Part shown: positions 1-9,632 of the stretch, piece by piece
Layout of the letters: each line of letters opens with the position of its first letter
How positions within the stretch are numbered: position 1 is the first letter of the stretch
Source: Armatimonadota bacterium
Lineage (GTDB): Bacteria; Bacteroidota; Ignavibacteria; OLB7
Assembly (NCBI GenBank): GCA_020850315.1
Contig: JADZEY010000029.1
Coordinates: 7,413 to 71,412 of the forward strand
Direction: 5' to 3'
Length of the DNA stretch: 64,000 bases
Program-made: the position numbers and the translations under genes
The notes under the pieces: generated by a model
Told to the model about the DNA's origin: nothing
Seen by the model: only the letters and a program-made list of their open reading frames with translations
Database searches by the model: none

Positions 1-2
1 GC

Positions 3-1976
3 GCGATTGGTATCTACTTGCTTGTTGAGCTGATCGGTGCATTGCGCCGGAAGGATCAAAGCCCGCAGCAAGGGGGCACAACCGCAACCGTGGGGGCCGC
101 AATCACCACGCTGATTGTTGCCGGCGCGTTCGCCTACGGCATGGGGCTGGATCGCAACCTTGCCGTGCAGGAATACCTCCCCTACTCCACCCGTGGCGCA
201 GCATCCATCACCGCCGACCCCGGCCACAAGGAAGGGGCAATGGAGGTTGGGCAAGGATGGGATTACTCCACCAACTGGAGCTTCTCGCCGCAGGAGATGG
301 TGACGTTCTTCTCCCCCAGCTACTACGGTTTCGGGAAGATGGAGCTTCCACGGGATGTTGTTGCCACATTCAACCCGCAACTGCTTCAGCAAAATGGGAT
401 TGACCCGGAAGGGCACATGGCCACCTACTGGGGCCAGATGAGCTTCACCGACGCGGCCCACTACATGGGCGCGGTGGTGTTGGCGCTGGGGCTGTGGGGA
501 TTCTGGATCAACCGCCGCAACCGCTTTGCCCAAGCACTGTTGGCAATCGGCCTGTTCGGGCTGATCCTCTCCTTCGGGCGCAACTTCGATCTTCTGTACA
601 AACTCTTCTACGACCTTGTTCCCGGCTTCAACAAGTTCCGCGCACCAAGCCAATCGCTGGTGCTGTTGGAGTTCGTCTTCCCGATTCTTGCAGGCTTGGG
701 ATTGAAAGAACTGATTGCCCGGCGCGAAGCTGGCGACACCACTGTGGTAAAAGGGATGATCGGTTGGATGGCTGGGTTTGGCGGGTTCACCCTTCTGCTG
801 TTGCTGATCCTTTCTTCCGGCAGCAGCTACGCCGAAGCGGTCTCGCAATCGGGAAAACTGCTCTCGGCAAGCGCGGAAGCCGCCAGCTACATGCACGGCC
901 GCGCCATGACCGACCTGTTCCTGACGTTGCTGTTTGGTGTTGGGGGATTGGGGCTTGCCTACTACTACGCCAAAGGGAAGATCAGCAGTGTGGTGATGGT
1001 TGGCGCGCTGATCGCACTTTCCACGGTTGACCTGTGGCGCATCGCCTTCATCCCGATGGAAGGCACGCCAGCCAAAGAGGTGATGGCCCAGTTCGACCCC
1101 ACCGACGTTGATGAGTTCCTGAAAAAGGATACCGAGAAGTACCGGATTCTGAACCTTGCCACCCAGCCGAACTTCCCAGCACGGCATTTCCAAGAACACA
1201 TACTTGGATACTCATCGGCAAAAATGCGGAGCTACCAAAACCTGCTGGATGTTGCCGGAAACGGCGATGTCCCAACGTCGCCGCTGGCGTGGGATCTGCT
1301 GAACACCAAGTACTTGATTATGCCGAGCGAGCAAGCAAAATCGGCAGAAGCACAGGGGATGACCCCAGCGTTCCAATCGCAGCGCGGATTGACGGTGATG
1401 CAGAACAACAGCGCGATGCCGCGAGCTTGGTTTGTGAACCGGGTTGAGGTGGCAAACGAGAAGGCGATTCTGGAAATGATAAAATCCAACGGGTTCGATC
1501 CCCGCGATGTCGCCTACCTTGTTGCCCCGCTGAAGGAGCAAGTGGATCCAGTTGGCTACTCGGCCGGGATGCAGGATAAATTAAAGTTAGATTCCGCCGG
1601 AAACCTTGTGCCGGACACCGCCGGAAGCACAGCAACCAGCGCCGCACAAGGGAGCGTGAAGATCACCAAGTACGAGCCGCACCACATTGCAATGGATGTG
1701 GAAGCATCGGGGAACAACTTCCTGGTCATCAGCGAAATTCACTACCCGCCAGGGTGGCGCGCAACGATTGACGGGAAGGAAGCGGAGATTATCCAAACGA
1801 ACTACCTGCTGCGCGGGCTGGTGATCCCGGCAGGAAAGCACAAGATTGAGATGAACTACGTCAGCGGTGGATTCGAGACGGGGAAATACGCCTCGCTTGG
1901 GTTGAATGTGGTGATGTTCGGAATGATTGCCGCCGGGGTATTTTTGGGGCGGAAAAAGGAAGAAGAACCCGCATAA
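3..1976 (+). CDS. YfhO-family polytopic membrane protein (5' partial, runs off window start)
   Basis: Open frame continues to position 3 without a stop. Many predicted TM helices are followed by a C-terminal soluble beta-rich domain (…HYPPGWRATIDGKEAEI…AGKHKIEMNYVSGGF) typical of YfhO-type glycosyl/lipid transferases. Confidence 0.7.
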   Translation, partial: AIGIYLLVELIGALRRKDQSPQQGGTTATVGAAITTLIVAGAFAYGMGLDRNLAVQEYLPYSTRGAASITADPGHKEGAMEVGQGWDYSTNWSFSPQEMVTFFSPSYYGFGKMELPRDVVATFNPQLLQQNGIDPEGHMATYWGQMSFTDAAHYMGAVVLALGLWGFWINRRNRFAQALLAIGLFGLILSFGRNFDLLYKLFYDLVPGFNKFRAPSQSLVLLEFVFPILAGLGLKELIARREAGDTTVVKGMIGWMAGFGGFTLLLLLILSSGSSYAEAVSQSGKLLSASAEAASYMHGRAMTDLFLTLLFGVGGLGLAYYYAKGKISSVVMVGALIALSTVDLWRIAFIPMEGTPAKEVMAQFDPTDVDEFLKKDTEKYRILNLATQPNFPARHFQEHILGYSSAKMRSYQNLLDVAGNGDVPTSPLAWDLLNTKYLIMPSEQAKSAEAQGMTPAFQSQRGLTVMQNNSAMPRAWFVNRVEVANEKAILEMIKSNGFDPRDVAYLVAPLKEQVDPVGYSAGMQDKLKLDSAGNLVPDTAGSTATSAAQGSVKITKYEPHHIAMDVEASGNNFLVISEIHYPPGWRATIDGKEAEIIQTNYLLRGLVIPAGKHKIEMNYVSGGFETGKYASLGLNVVMFGMIAAGVFLGRKKEEEPA

Positions 1977-2065
1977 CACAGCAACAGCAACAACAGCAAA
2001 CCGGACCGAAGCGGTTGGCAGCACGCAAGTCTCTTGCAGTTGCCAGCCGCTTTTTGTTTTTCCAC

Positions 2066-3793
2066 TTACCCAATTCCCCCCACCCCCCCCCGCCACAACT
2101 CGAACGCCAGCCACCAATCCACTTCCGGTTCTGCTGAAGCGTCGCCGGAACTCCATCGCTTGATTGCCCCGCCAATCGCGGCGTGGTCGTAGTGGGGATA
2201 GGTACGGACTTGCTGCGATTCCCACCGGTCAAGAATAAACGGGCGCATGGCCGCCAGAAAATCCCTGCGAAGCGTGTGCGGAGGTTCCGGACGGAGAAGA
2301 TTTTTTGCGCGAACCCACAGGTGCGCCCCAATCGTCCCCAACCGATACGGGTACGTCGTCACCCCTTTCACCAGCGGGAAGCGTTCCAGCGACCGCGCCG
2401 ATTGATGCAGAAGCTGGCGGTACAACCGCGCGTTGCGGCGCTCCGGTTCGGGGGTAGCAAACACAGCATCCAGAAAACGGGGCTGCGCAAATGGCATAAA
2501 GTTCACCGCAAGGGAATCCACCCGCGATTGCTCGATCCCCCCAACGTTCGGAAACCGCGCCCGAACAATCCACAAATCCAGCAAGTTCCCAACCCCGAAC
2601 TCCTTCACCCCCGGCGAGGCTTCCCACAGCGAACGCAACTGCTCTTTCACCCCTTCCATCATCATCACCGTTGTCTCCTTGTTGAACAGCTTTGCGCGGT
2701 GAAGCAGCACAAATGGGAGCAGGTCATCGGGCTTGCCAGTAGCAAGCGCGCTGGTTCCCCCTTTCAGAAATCTTCCAAAAAATTGCCGGCGGCCAATCTC
2801 GCCATAGCCTCCATCCACCAGCACCCAACGCTCCGCCGGAAGCTGCGGGTAGTACCGAAGCCGCGACCATGTGGAGAGCGGCTCCACCACCATCGTTTGC
2901 CCAGCATACTCCATCAGCGAAGGAAGCGCGTGGGCGGGGTCCTGGGGGGGAAGATCGAAGTGGTGACAGGCGATGCCGTGCGCCGCCGCAAGCTGCTTTG
3001 CCAGCGCAACGTCCGGCTCGGTTGGTTGGCCAAACGTGTAGGTGGTGAACGGCTGGTTCCGCTGCAACAACAACGCCAGCAGCAACCGCGAATCGAACCC
3101 GCCCGACAACCCAAGCGCAAGCTGGCGGCCTTCGGGAATCCGTGGGTGAAGGAAATCGCGAAGCACAGCTGGCATTGCGGCCGGCATCTGTGGATCGGGT
3201 TGGAAGAGCTGTTCTTGCAGCTCCAATCGGCCACCGGAAAACCTTCCCCTTCCCCCCTGCCCCAACCGCTCCACACCTTGGATCAGGCTGCGGCATTGCC
3301 ATTGGTTGAACGTCAGGAAATGGGGGCCGAAATTGTGGAAATCAACTTGAGATAGACCAGCAACGCGGCAGAGATAATCGAGCCGTGTGGAGAAGATGAG
3401 GGCGTTGTTGCGGGAAGCGAAATAGAGCGAGCGGAGGCCAAGCTGGTCGTTGGCAGCAATCAGTTCGTGGCTGTTCCAACGGAGGGTGAGGTAGTGGCCG
3501 TTCAGTTGACGAAGCTGAGGTTCGGGGTGGTTCATCACTTCGGCCCAATCTTCGGTTTGCAGCAGGCGGCAGCCATCGGCTTGGTGGGCAATCCCCAAGC
3601 CGCACACAACCCAGCCGGAATCATCCTGCGAACCGACATGGCAGGTGAGTTCCGTTCCGCCACCCACCATCACCATCGTCTGCTGGTTGATGCTGAACGA
3701 CCCCGGCCCAGCCACAGCATGGATGCGCTGCCGCATTGTTTCGGCAGTGCCCACGGAATCGCCCACAGAAAAACAACCGAGTAGCCAGCCCAT
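2066..3793 (-). CDS. asparagine synthetase (AsnB) family amidotransferase-like protein
   Basis: PP-loop ATP pyrophosphatase motif GLSGGFDSRLLLALL (SGGxDS) and AsnB C-domain-like sequence. There is no Cys at position 2 (N-terminus MGWLLGCF), so the start is uncertain or the glutaminase domain is non-canonical. Confidence 0.75.
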   Translation of the reverse strand: MGWLLGCFSVGDSVGTAETMRQRIHAVAGPGSFSINQQTMVMVGGGTELTCHVGSQDDSGWVVCGLGIAHQADGCRLLQTEDWAEVMNHPEPQLRQLNGHYLTLRWNSHELIAANDQLGLRSLYFASRNNALIFSTRLDYLCRVAGLSQVDFHNFGPHFLTFNQWQCRSLIQGVERLGQGGRGRFSGGRLELQEQLFQPDPQMPAAMPAVLRDFLHPRIPEGRQLALGLSGGFDSRLLLALLLQRNQPFTTYTFGQPTEPDVALAKQLAAAHGIACHHFDLPPQDPAHALPSLMEYAGQTMVVEPLSTWSRLRYYPQLPAERWVLVDGGYGEIGRRQFFGRFLKGGTSALATGKPDDLLPFVLLHRAKLFNKETTVMMMEGVKEQLRSLWEASPGVKEFGVGNLLDLWIVRARFPNVGGIEQSRVDSLAVNFMPFAQPRFLDAVFATPEPERRNARLYRQLLHQSARSLERFPLVKGVTTYPYRLGTIGAHLWVRAKNLLRPEPPHTLRRDFLAAMRPFILDRWESQQVRTYPHYDHAAIGGAIKRWSSGDASAEPEVDWWLAFELWRGGVGGIG

Positions 3794-3835
3794 TGGTGTT
3801 GATGATTGGTATCGCCCTTGCGTTCAGTTCGGAAA

Positions 3836-4639
3836 CTATCCCCAATGCTTGATAAACTGCACAATCGCCTCCACCGTGGTGTCGCCGGTGGGGCCGAATC
3901 GGCGGACGATGGAGAAGTGGTCGCGGCCACGGATGCTGACGAACCGCGCGTCGTTCCCGGCTTCGCGCAGCGCGTTGGCGAACTGCTTGCCGCCATCGCG
4001 CATCCGCTCCGGATCCGATTCGGCAACCATCACCAAAAACGGAGGATGGGAATCGCTGATGTGATGCACCGGAGAAGCCACCTGCAATGCTTCAGCCGAC
4101 CCACCAAACGCCTCGTGAATCAGCTCAAGACTGGTGAACCCAGGGCTTTCGGCGTGGGTGTTCAAGTTGTACACACCGCTGATGGCAACCACCCCGCGCA
4201 CCGCCCCGGCAGGGAACTGGTTGCGGGCTTGCACATCGGCGTTCAGCGCAACAAACGCGGCAAGGTGCGCGCCGGCGGAATGCCCCATCAAGAAAAGTGA
4301 GTTCGGGTCGCCGCCAAACTCGGCAATCCGTTGGTGAACCCACCGCACGGCTTGGGCGCAATCATCGGCATGGCTTGGATGCTGCACCGCAGGGGTCAGC
4401 CGGTAGTTGACCGTGACGGCAACGATTCCCCGCACGGCAAACGCACGGCCCAGATGCTCGAACAATCGCTTATCGCCGCTGCGCCATCCGCCACCGTAGA
4501 AGTAGATCACCACCGGAAGCCCGTTGGCATCGGGCGGAGCGTACACGTCAAGAAGGTGGCGCGGGTCGCCGGAACCAGCCAGATAGGGGATGTCGCGCTG
4601 GATGCGGACATCGGCGTTGAAGAGTTCGGTAAAGGTCAT
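3836..4639 (-). CDS. alpha/beta hydrolase fold-3 esterase/lipase
   Basis: Oxyanion motif YFYGGGW and nucleophile elbow GHSAGAH. The start ATG overlaps the upstream gene stop (ATGA). Confidence 0.8.
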   Translation of the reverse strand: MTFTELFNADVRIQRDIPYLAGSGDPRHLLDVYAPPDANGLPVVIYFYGGGWRSGDKRLFEHLGRAFAVRGIVAVTVNYRLTPAVQHPSHADDCAQAVRWVHQRIAEFGGDPNSLFLMGHSAGAHLAAFVALNADVQARNQFPAGAVRGVVAISGVYNLNTHAESPGFTSLELIHEAFGGSAEALQVASPVHHISDSHPPFLVMVAESDPERMRDGGKQFANALREAGNDARFVSIRGRDHFSIVRRFGPTGDTTVEAIVQFIKHWG

Positions 4640-5922
4640 TGTTCTTGTGGGTTCGTGGCCGCCGCCTGCCCAGCCACCCAGCCTGTCGAAAACGCAGCTT
4701 GCAGGTTGTAGCCGCCAACACGCCCGGCAACGTCCAACGCTTCGCCAGCGAAGTAGAGATTGTTCACCGCTCGCGATAGCATCGTGGTTGGCTCCACCGC
4801 CGAAAGTGCAATCCCCCCGGCGGTGACTTCCCCTCGGTCAATCGGCACTTCCCCAACGGTTCCAACACGCCATTGCTTCAGCGTGGCAATCAGTTTTTTC
4901 CGCTCTTCGCGCCGTACTGCGCCAAGTTTTCTTCCCGGTTCCATCCCCGCTTGTTCCAGCACGCTTTCAACAACTGCTTGGGGGACGAACCCGCCAACAA
5001 ACGTCTGGATTTCGCTGGTGGGGGATGATTGCAAACGCTCCAGAAACATATCCAGAAGGTCGTCGTGGCTCTGATCCGGCAGAATATCGGCAAGGATGTG
5101 GAGGGGTGATCCCGATTCCTGGGCCAGCGCGACCGCACGGCTGATCTCCAGAGCCGCAGGGCCGCTTGCGCCGCGGTGGGTCAGCAAAAGGTCATCGCGC
5201 CATGCTTGGTTGAAATGCTTTGCGTTTGGGATGTTGAGTTCTTGCAGGGTTGGAGCAAACGTGAGTTGAACATCGCGCAGGGCAACCCCTTGCCAGCCGG
5301 CGGGGGGCGGCGGGGCGAAATAGATGGGGGCCAGCGCTGGGCGCAACGGAACCACTGGAATCCCCAGCGATTCCCCCCAGCCGATGCCGTCGCCGGTGGT
5401 CCCAACTTTGCGGTAGCTGATCCCGCCAGTGGCAACAATCACAGCATCGAACCGCAGTGCGTTGCCAGCACGCTGGACCCCAACGGCAACTCCATGTTCA
5501 ACAAGAACGGATTGGATGTGTGCGTTGGTTTCCACGGTGGCTTGGGCGCGTTGCAACATCCGCTCGAACGCGCTTAGCACATCATCGGCACTGCCGCTAA
5601 CGGGGAACACCCGTCCGTTCGGTCGGGTGAACGTCTGCAACCCTTCGGCATGGAGCATTGCAAGCAGTGTGTCGGAAGTGAGTGTGTGGAAGGCGTAGCG
5701 AAGGAAGCGCGCTTCGGGGGGGATGAACCCTTGCTCCATCGGGCGCGGCGCGGCGTTGTGGGTGATGTTGCACTTGCCGCCGCCGGAGATCAGAATCTTA
5801 ATGCCGAGGCGTTTGTTCCGCTCGAACAGAGTTGCCTGTTGGCCGGCGGCCTGCACCGCCAACGCCGCAAGCATCCCGGCCGCCCCCCCGCCAACAATGG
5901 CGATTCGTTTAGACTTCCTCAT
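4636..5922 (-). CDS. NAD(P)/FAD-dependent oxidoreductase, HI0933/YhiN (aminoacetone oxidase-like) family
   Basis: N-terminal Rossmann motif IAIVGGGAAGMLAA…ISGGGKCNITH is characteristic of the HI0933 family of flavoproteins. Confidence 0.8.
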   Translation of the reverse strand: MRKSKRIAIVGGGAAGMLAALAVQAAGQQATLFERNKRLGIKILISGGGKCNITHNAAPRPMEQGFIPPEARFLRYAFHTLTSDTLLAMLHAEGLQTFTRPNGRVFPVSGSADDVLSAFERMLQRAQATVETNAHIQSVLVEHGVAVGVQRAGNALRFDAVIVATGGISYRKVGTTGDGIGWGESLGIPVVPLRPALAPIYFAPPPPAGWQGVALRDVQLTFAPTLQELNIPNAKHFNQAWRDDLLLTHRGASGPAALEISRAVALAQESGSPLHILADILPDQSHDDLLDMFLERLQSSPTSEIQTFVGGFVPQAVVESVLEQAGMEPGRKLGAVRREERKKLIATLKQWRVGTVGEVPIDRGEVTAGGIALSAVEPTTMLSRAVNNLYFAGEALDVAGRVGGYNLQAAFSTGWVAGQAAATNPQEQ

Positions 5923-6772
5923 ACAGTTTCACCAAGTGGCGCAGCGCGGAGATTTCGCGGCGGTTCAGTGGCCGCCACTCGCCGCGAGCAAGGCCACGGA
6001 CGGTAAGCCCGGCATACTGCGAGCGGTGCAGCCGCGCCACCGTGTAGCCGAACGCCTCGAACAATCGCCGGACTTCGCGGTTTTTCCCTTCCCGCAGTTG
6101 GATACTCAGGATTCGGCGGTCGCGCTCCTCCACGAACAGTTCGCAAGGCTGAGTTTCTTCTCCGTTTTCCAGCGTCACCCCTGCGGCAATGCTGCGGGCG
6201 TGGCGGTTTTCCAGCGGCTTGTCAAGCTCAACATCGTACAGGCGTTCCACGCCGTAGCGTGGGTGCATCAGCCGGTGGGAAAGTTCGCCATCGTTGGTCA
6301 GCAGCAGCACGCCAGTGGTGTTGCGGTCAAGGCGGCCAACGGGGTAGATGCGGTCGTGGTACTCCACAAGGTCCAGCACAGTCCGGCGGCCACGCTCGTC
6401 GCTGGTGGTGGTGATGGTGTCCTTCGGTTTGTTCAGCAGGATGTACGAGTGGCGGGGCGGATCGTTTATCAGCTGGTTGTCAATCATCACCTTGTCGTTC
6501 CGCTGCACACGGGTTCCAAGCTCGGTCACCACCTTGCCGTTCAGTTTCACCCGCCCCTCGGCAATCATCTGATCGGCAGCACGGCGCGATGCCGCGCCGG
6601 AATCAGCAATCACCTTATTGAGCCGAACCCCTTCGGCTTTTGATGAAGAAGCCTTCGGTGAGGAAGCCCTCGGCGAAGAAGCCTTCGGTGAGGAAGCCCT
6701 CGGTGAAGATGCCTTCGGTGAAGAAATTCTCGGAGCGGTAGAGCGTTTGGTTGTTGCGCGTTTGTTCATCAT
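5909..6772 (-). CDS. rluB: 23S rRNA pseudouridine synthase (RluB/RsuA family) with S4 domain and Lys/Ser/Pro-repeat N-terminal tail
   Basis: S4 RNA-binding motif LNKVIADSGAASRRAADQMIAEGRVKLNG, a PseudoU_synth_2 core (ILLNKP…), and an N-terminal tail of PKASSPRASS repeats. Confidence 0.85.
   Translation of the reverse strand: MMNKRATTKRSTAPRISSPKASSPRASSPKASSPRASSPKASSSKAEGVRLNKVIADSGAASRRAADQMIAEGRVKLNGKVVTELGTRVQRNDKVMIDNQLINDPPRHSYILLNKPKDTITTTSDERGRRTVLDLVEYHDRIYPVGRLDRNTTGVLLLTNDGELSHRLMHPRYGVERLYDVELDKPLENRHARSIAAGVTLENGEETQPCELFVEERDRRILSIQLREGKNREVRRLFEAFGYTVARLHRSQYAGLTVRGLARGEWRPLNRREISALRHLVKLYEEV
6633..6735. repeat. 30-bp tandem repeat (~3.3 copies) encoding the PKASSPRASS decapeptide repeats of the RluB N-terminal tail
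   Basis: The unit gaagaagccttcggtgaggaagccctcggc is repeated head-to-tail on the plus strand with minor variants. It is in frame on the minus strand. Confidence 0.8.
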
Positions 6773-7183
6773 GCGGCAAAGATACCAGCAAGCCGGGGGA
6801 AGTCGGGAAACGGAGAGTAATGGGGGGAATGCCGATTACCTTCGATGGGTGAGTGAGCCAAAGTCGGAGAGGGGGATGTATCTGGCACAACCCCTCTTCT
6901 CGTCATTGCGAGGAGCGACAGCGACGAAGCAATGACGGAGTGGGGCGGCGGGGTGTGAGACGCGGTGTGAGTTTTGGAGCAACCCTTCTTCTCCAGCGCG
7001 CCCATGGCCAATGGTCCATTCTTCCCTCCCCCCCAAAAATATTCCCCCCCAAACCTGACACGGATCATGTTGAAAGAATCTCTTCGGCAAATATGATCCA
7101 TGTCACAAAACACCAGTTGCCGCACGGTGTAGTTTGCCACCGCATTCTTGCCAATCAACAATCATTTTCAGGGGAATTGCACC

Positions 7184-7345
7184 ATGCAAGACACTCGGTT
7201 TGATTCCGGCGCTGCGGTCGGATCGAGCAACGAACCGGAGGAAAAATTTGTGCCGAAAGGGGCTATCACCTTCTTCCTGCTTCTTTTGGTGACCTACGCG
7301 CTGATGTGGTTCAGCATCTACTTCGACATGCTTTCACGGAGGTAA
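7184..7345 (+). CDS. ba3-type cytochrome oxidase subunit IIa-like single-TM peptide
   Basis: The C-terminal sequence …KFVPKGAITFFLLLLVTYALMWFSIYFDMLSRR resembles Thermus CbaD (…KPKGALAVILVLTLTILVFWLGVYAVFFARG). The gene sits directly upstream of subunit II, and its stop lies 2 nt before the coxB ATG. The start codon is uncertain. Confidence 0.55.
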   Translation: MQDTRFDSGAAVGSSNEPEEKFVPKGAITFFLLLLVTYALMWFSIYFDMLSRR

Positions 7346-7347
7346 CA

Positions 7348-7908
7348 ATGGACAAGTACGAACAACGTGCCGTGCTTGGCGGTAGCTTTCTGATGCTGAT
7401 CTTCTTTGTTGCCGTGGTGATTGCCACCACAGGGTTTGGGGTGACGGTTCCCACCTGCATTGTGGATGTAAAACCGTTCAAACATGGGCAGCTGTTGAAG
7501 TTGGCCGATAAGCATTATGAGCTTCACGCCGTTGCCAAGATGTGGTCCTTCGACCCACCGGAAATAACGATTCCCCCCGGAAGCCGCCTTGATATTTTCC
7601 TGACCTCGCCCGATGTTGCCCACGGCTTCAACATCGAAAAAACGAATATCAACCTGATGGCCATCCCGGGCCAAGTAACCTACGCCAGCCTAACGTTCGA
7701 CCAGAACGAGTGGGGAAATTTTCGACTGTTTTGCCACGAGTATTGCGGCATGAATCACCATGCAATGCAAGGGTGGATTAAAGTGTGGCCAGCCGCCGCG
7801 CTTGGGGCCACCAACCAGCCCGTGCAACAACCAGCACCAGCCGCAAGGCCCGCCGAAAAACCCACCGACACCACAACCCAACAATCGAACGGAGGTGCCA
7901 AGCAATGA
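7348..7908 (+). CDS. coxB: cytochrome c oxidase subunit II, ba3-type (single TM, CuA cupredoxin domain)
   Basis: CuA ligand motif FCHEYCGMNHHAMQG and HGF…TNIN motifs closely matching Thermus CbaB. A GGAGG Shine-Dalgarno sits 6 nt upstream of the ATG at 7348. Confidence 0.9.
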   Translation: MDKYEQRAVLGGSFLMLIFFVAVVIATTGFGVTVPTCIVDVKPFKHGQLLKLADKHYELHAVAKMWSFDPPEITIPPGSRLDIFLTSPDVAHGFNIEKTNINLMAIPGQVTYASLTFDQNEWGNFRLFCHEYCGMNHHAMQGWIKVWPAAALGATNQPVQQPAPAARPAEKPTDTTTQQSNGGAKQ

Positions 7909-9632
7909 GTTTTCGCCAAACAGTAATGACCCTTGACCGTGGGCTGAAACGGCTGACGCTGATCCAGCTTGGCGTGCCGATGTTCTTGCTAATTATCGGT
8001 ATCGGCGGCGGCTTGCTGCAGACGTTGATGCGCGCTGGGATTATCAAATCCCCGTCGGCATTGGGGCTGGAATACTACCAGGGATTAACGCTCCATGGCA
8101 TCATCAACGCCATTGTCTTTACCACATTTTTTGCTGTGGCGTTCGGCAACGCACTGGTTAGCTACGCGCTGCGGATGACCATCAATCTGAAAATTGCATG
8201 GCTGGCAAACTGGCTGATGCTGGTTGGCACGGTGATGGTGGCTGTGATGGTGTTTGCCGGGGAAGGCTCCGTTCTGTACACCTTCTATCCCCCACTGAAA
8301 GCTCACCCGGTGTTTTATGCTGGGCTTGCGTTGTTTGTGGTGGGCAGCTGGGTGGCGTTCTGGAATTGGATTCCGATGTACCTGCAATGGCGGCGCGAAC
8401 ACCCGGGCCAGAAAACACCGCTATCAGTGGTGGGCATTTTCACCACGTTCATCGTCTGGCAGATTTGCACGATTCCGGTAGCGTATGAGGTTCTGGTGCT
8501 GCTGCTTCCGTGGTCGCTGGGCTGGACCGACACCATTAACATTGAATTTGCGCGGACGCTCTTCTGGTTCTTTGGCCACCCATTGGTCTATTTCTGGCTG
8601 CTTCCGGCCTACGTGATGTTCTACACCATGCTGCCGAAGCTGGCTGGTGGGAAGCTGTTCAGCGACCGTGCGGGACGGCTGGCGTTGATGATCTTCATCA
8701 TCCTGTCCATTCCGGTTGGCGCGCACCACCAGTTTGCCGAACCGGGAATTGGCGCACAGTGGAAGCTGCTTCATTCCTTCCTGACGCTTGGCGTTACCAT
8801 TCCCAGCTTCATCACGGCGTTTACAATGGCGGCTTCGTTGGAGTACGCCGGGCGGAAACGTGGCGCGAAAGGCTTGCTGGATTGGTTCGGGAAACTCCCC
8901 TACTTCCAAGCCGATAACTACATGTTTGCTTATCTGTTTGTGGGGTTGGTGATCTTCTTCTTTGGCGGGATCACTGGTATCATCAACGCCTCCTACAACC
9001 TGAACAACGTAGTCCACAATACGGCTTGGATGCCGGGACATTTCCACATGACGGTGGCCGGGCCGGTGTTCCTTGCGTTCATTGGGATGAGCCTGTACAT
9101 GGTGGAAAAGATGACCGGAAAAAAGGTGAAAGGGAAGTTAGCAGTTGCCGTGCCGTACATCTGGATGGTGGGGATTGCCATTTTCTCCACCGGGCTGATG
9201 CGTGGCGGGCTGCATGGCGAACCACGCCGCACCAACATGGGCCTAACCTATCTGAACCCAGAAAGCAGCCTCTATCAGCCGGAATGGAAACTGTGGGTGA
9301 TGATGACGGCAATTGGCGGAACCATCATGTTCCTGGCAATGGTGATCTACTTTGCGATTTTCTTCAAAACACTGTTCGGCAAAAAGACCGAAGAAGAAGT
9401 GTTAGAGTTCCCGATAAGCGAAGCCTACCACGATGAGAAGCCGGGAATCTTTGCAAACTTCAAACCCTGGGTGATTGCTGCAATTATCCTGATTGTTATC
9501 AGCTACACCCCTGTGCTGATTGACGTGATGCGAAGCACAGCCTACACCGCCCCGCCGTACGACCCACACGTTCCGGTGCCAGCCCGCCAGTTCCAGCTGC
9601 CGCCAAACGTGGTGATTGATAACACCAAATGA
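7905..9632 (+). CDS. coxA: cytochrome c oxidase subunit I, B-family (ba3-type) heme-copper oxidase
   Basis: 12+ TM helices. Motifs such as YYQGLTLHG, LYTFYPPLKAH, GHPLVYFWLLPAY, HHQF and NTAWMPGHFHM are co-linear with Thermus CbaA. The ATG overlaps the coxB stop (ATGA). Confidence 0.9.
   Translation: MSFRQTVMTLDRGLKRLTLIQLGVPMFLLIIGIGGGLLQTLMRAGIIKSPSALGLEYYQGLTLHGIINAIVFTTFFAVAFGNALVSYALRMTINLKIAWLANWLMLVGTVMVAVMVFAGEGSVLYTFYPPLKAHPVFYAGLALFVVGSWVAFWNWIPMYLQWRREHPGQKTPLSVVGIFTTFIVWQICTIPVAYEVLVLLLPWSLGWTDTINIEFARTLFWFFGHPLVYFWLLPAYVMFYTMLPKLAGGKLFSDRAGRLALMIFIILSIPVGAHHQFAEPGIGAQWKLLHSFLTLGVTIPSFITAFTMAASLEYAGRKRGAKGLLDWFGKLPYFQADNYMFAYLFVGLVIFFFGGITGIINASYNLNNVVHNTAWMPGHFHMTVAGPVFLAFIGMSLYMVEKMTGKKVKGKLAVAVPYIWMVGIAIFSTGLMRGGLHGEPRRTNMGLTYLNPESSLYQPEWKLWVMMTAIGGTIMFLAMVIYFAIFFKTLFGKKTEEEVLEFPISEAYHDEKPGIFANFKPWVIAAIILIVISYTPVLIDVMRSTAYTAPPYDPHVPVPARQFQLPPNVVIDNTK

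Noticed and set aside
18-1976. Start codon at position 18 for the first gene
   Set aside because: The frame is open back to position 3 with hydrophobic TM-like translation, so the gene almost certainly begins upstream of the window. Reported as a 5'-partial CDS.
2183-3355. 390-aa ORF on the plus strand
   Set aside because: Entirely antisense to the AsnB-family gene (2066-3793). Arg/Pro-rich composition typical of GC-rich antisense frames, with no motifs.
5723-6643. 306-aa plus-strand ORF
   Set aside because: Antisense to rluB and the HI0933 flavoprotein. Low-complexity Ala/Val/Gln-rich translation.
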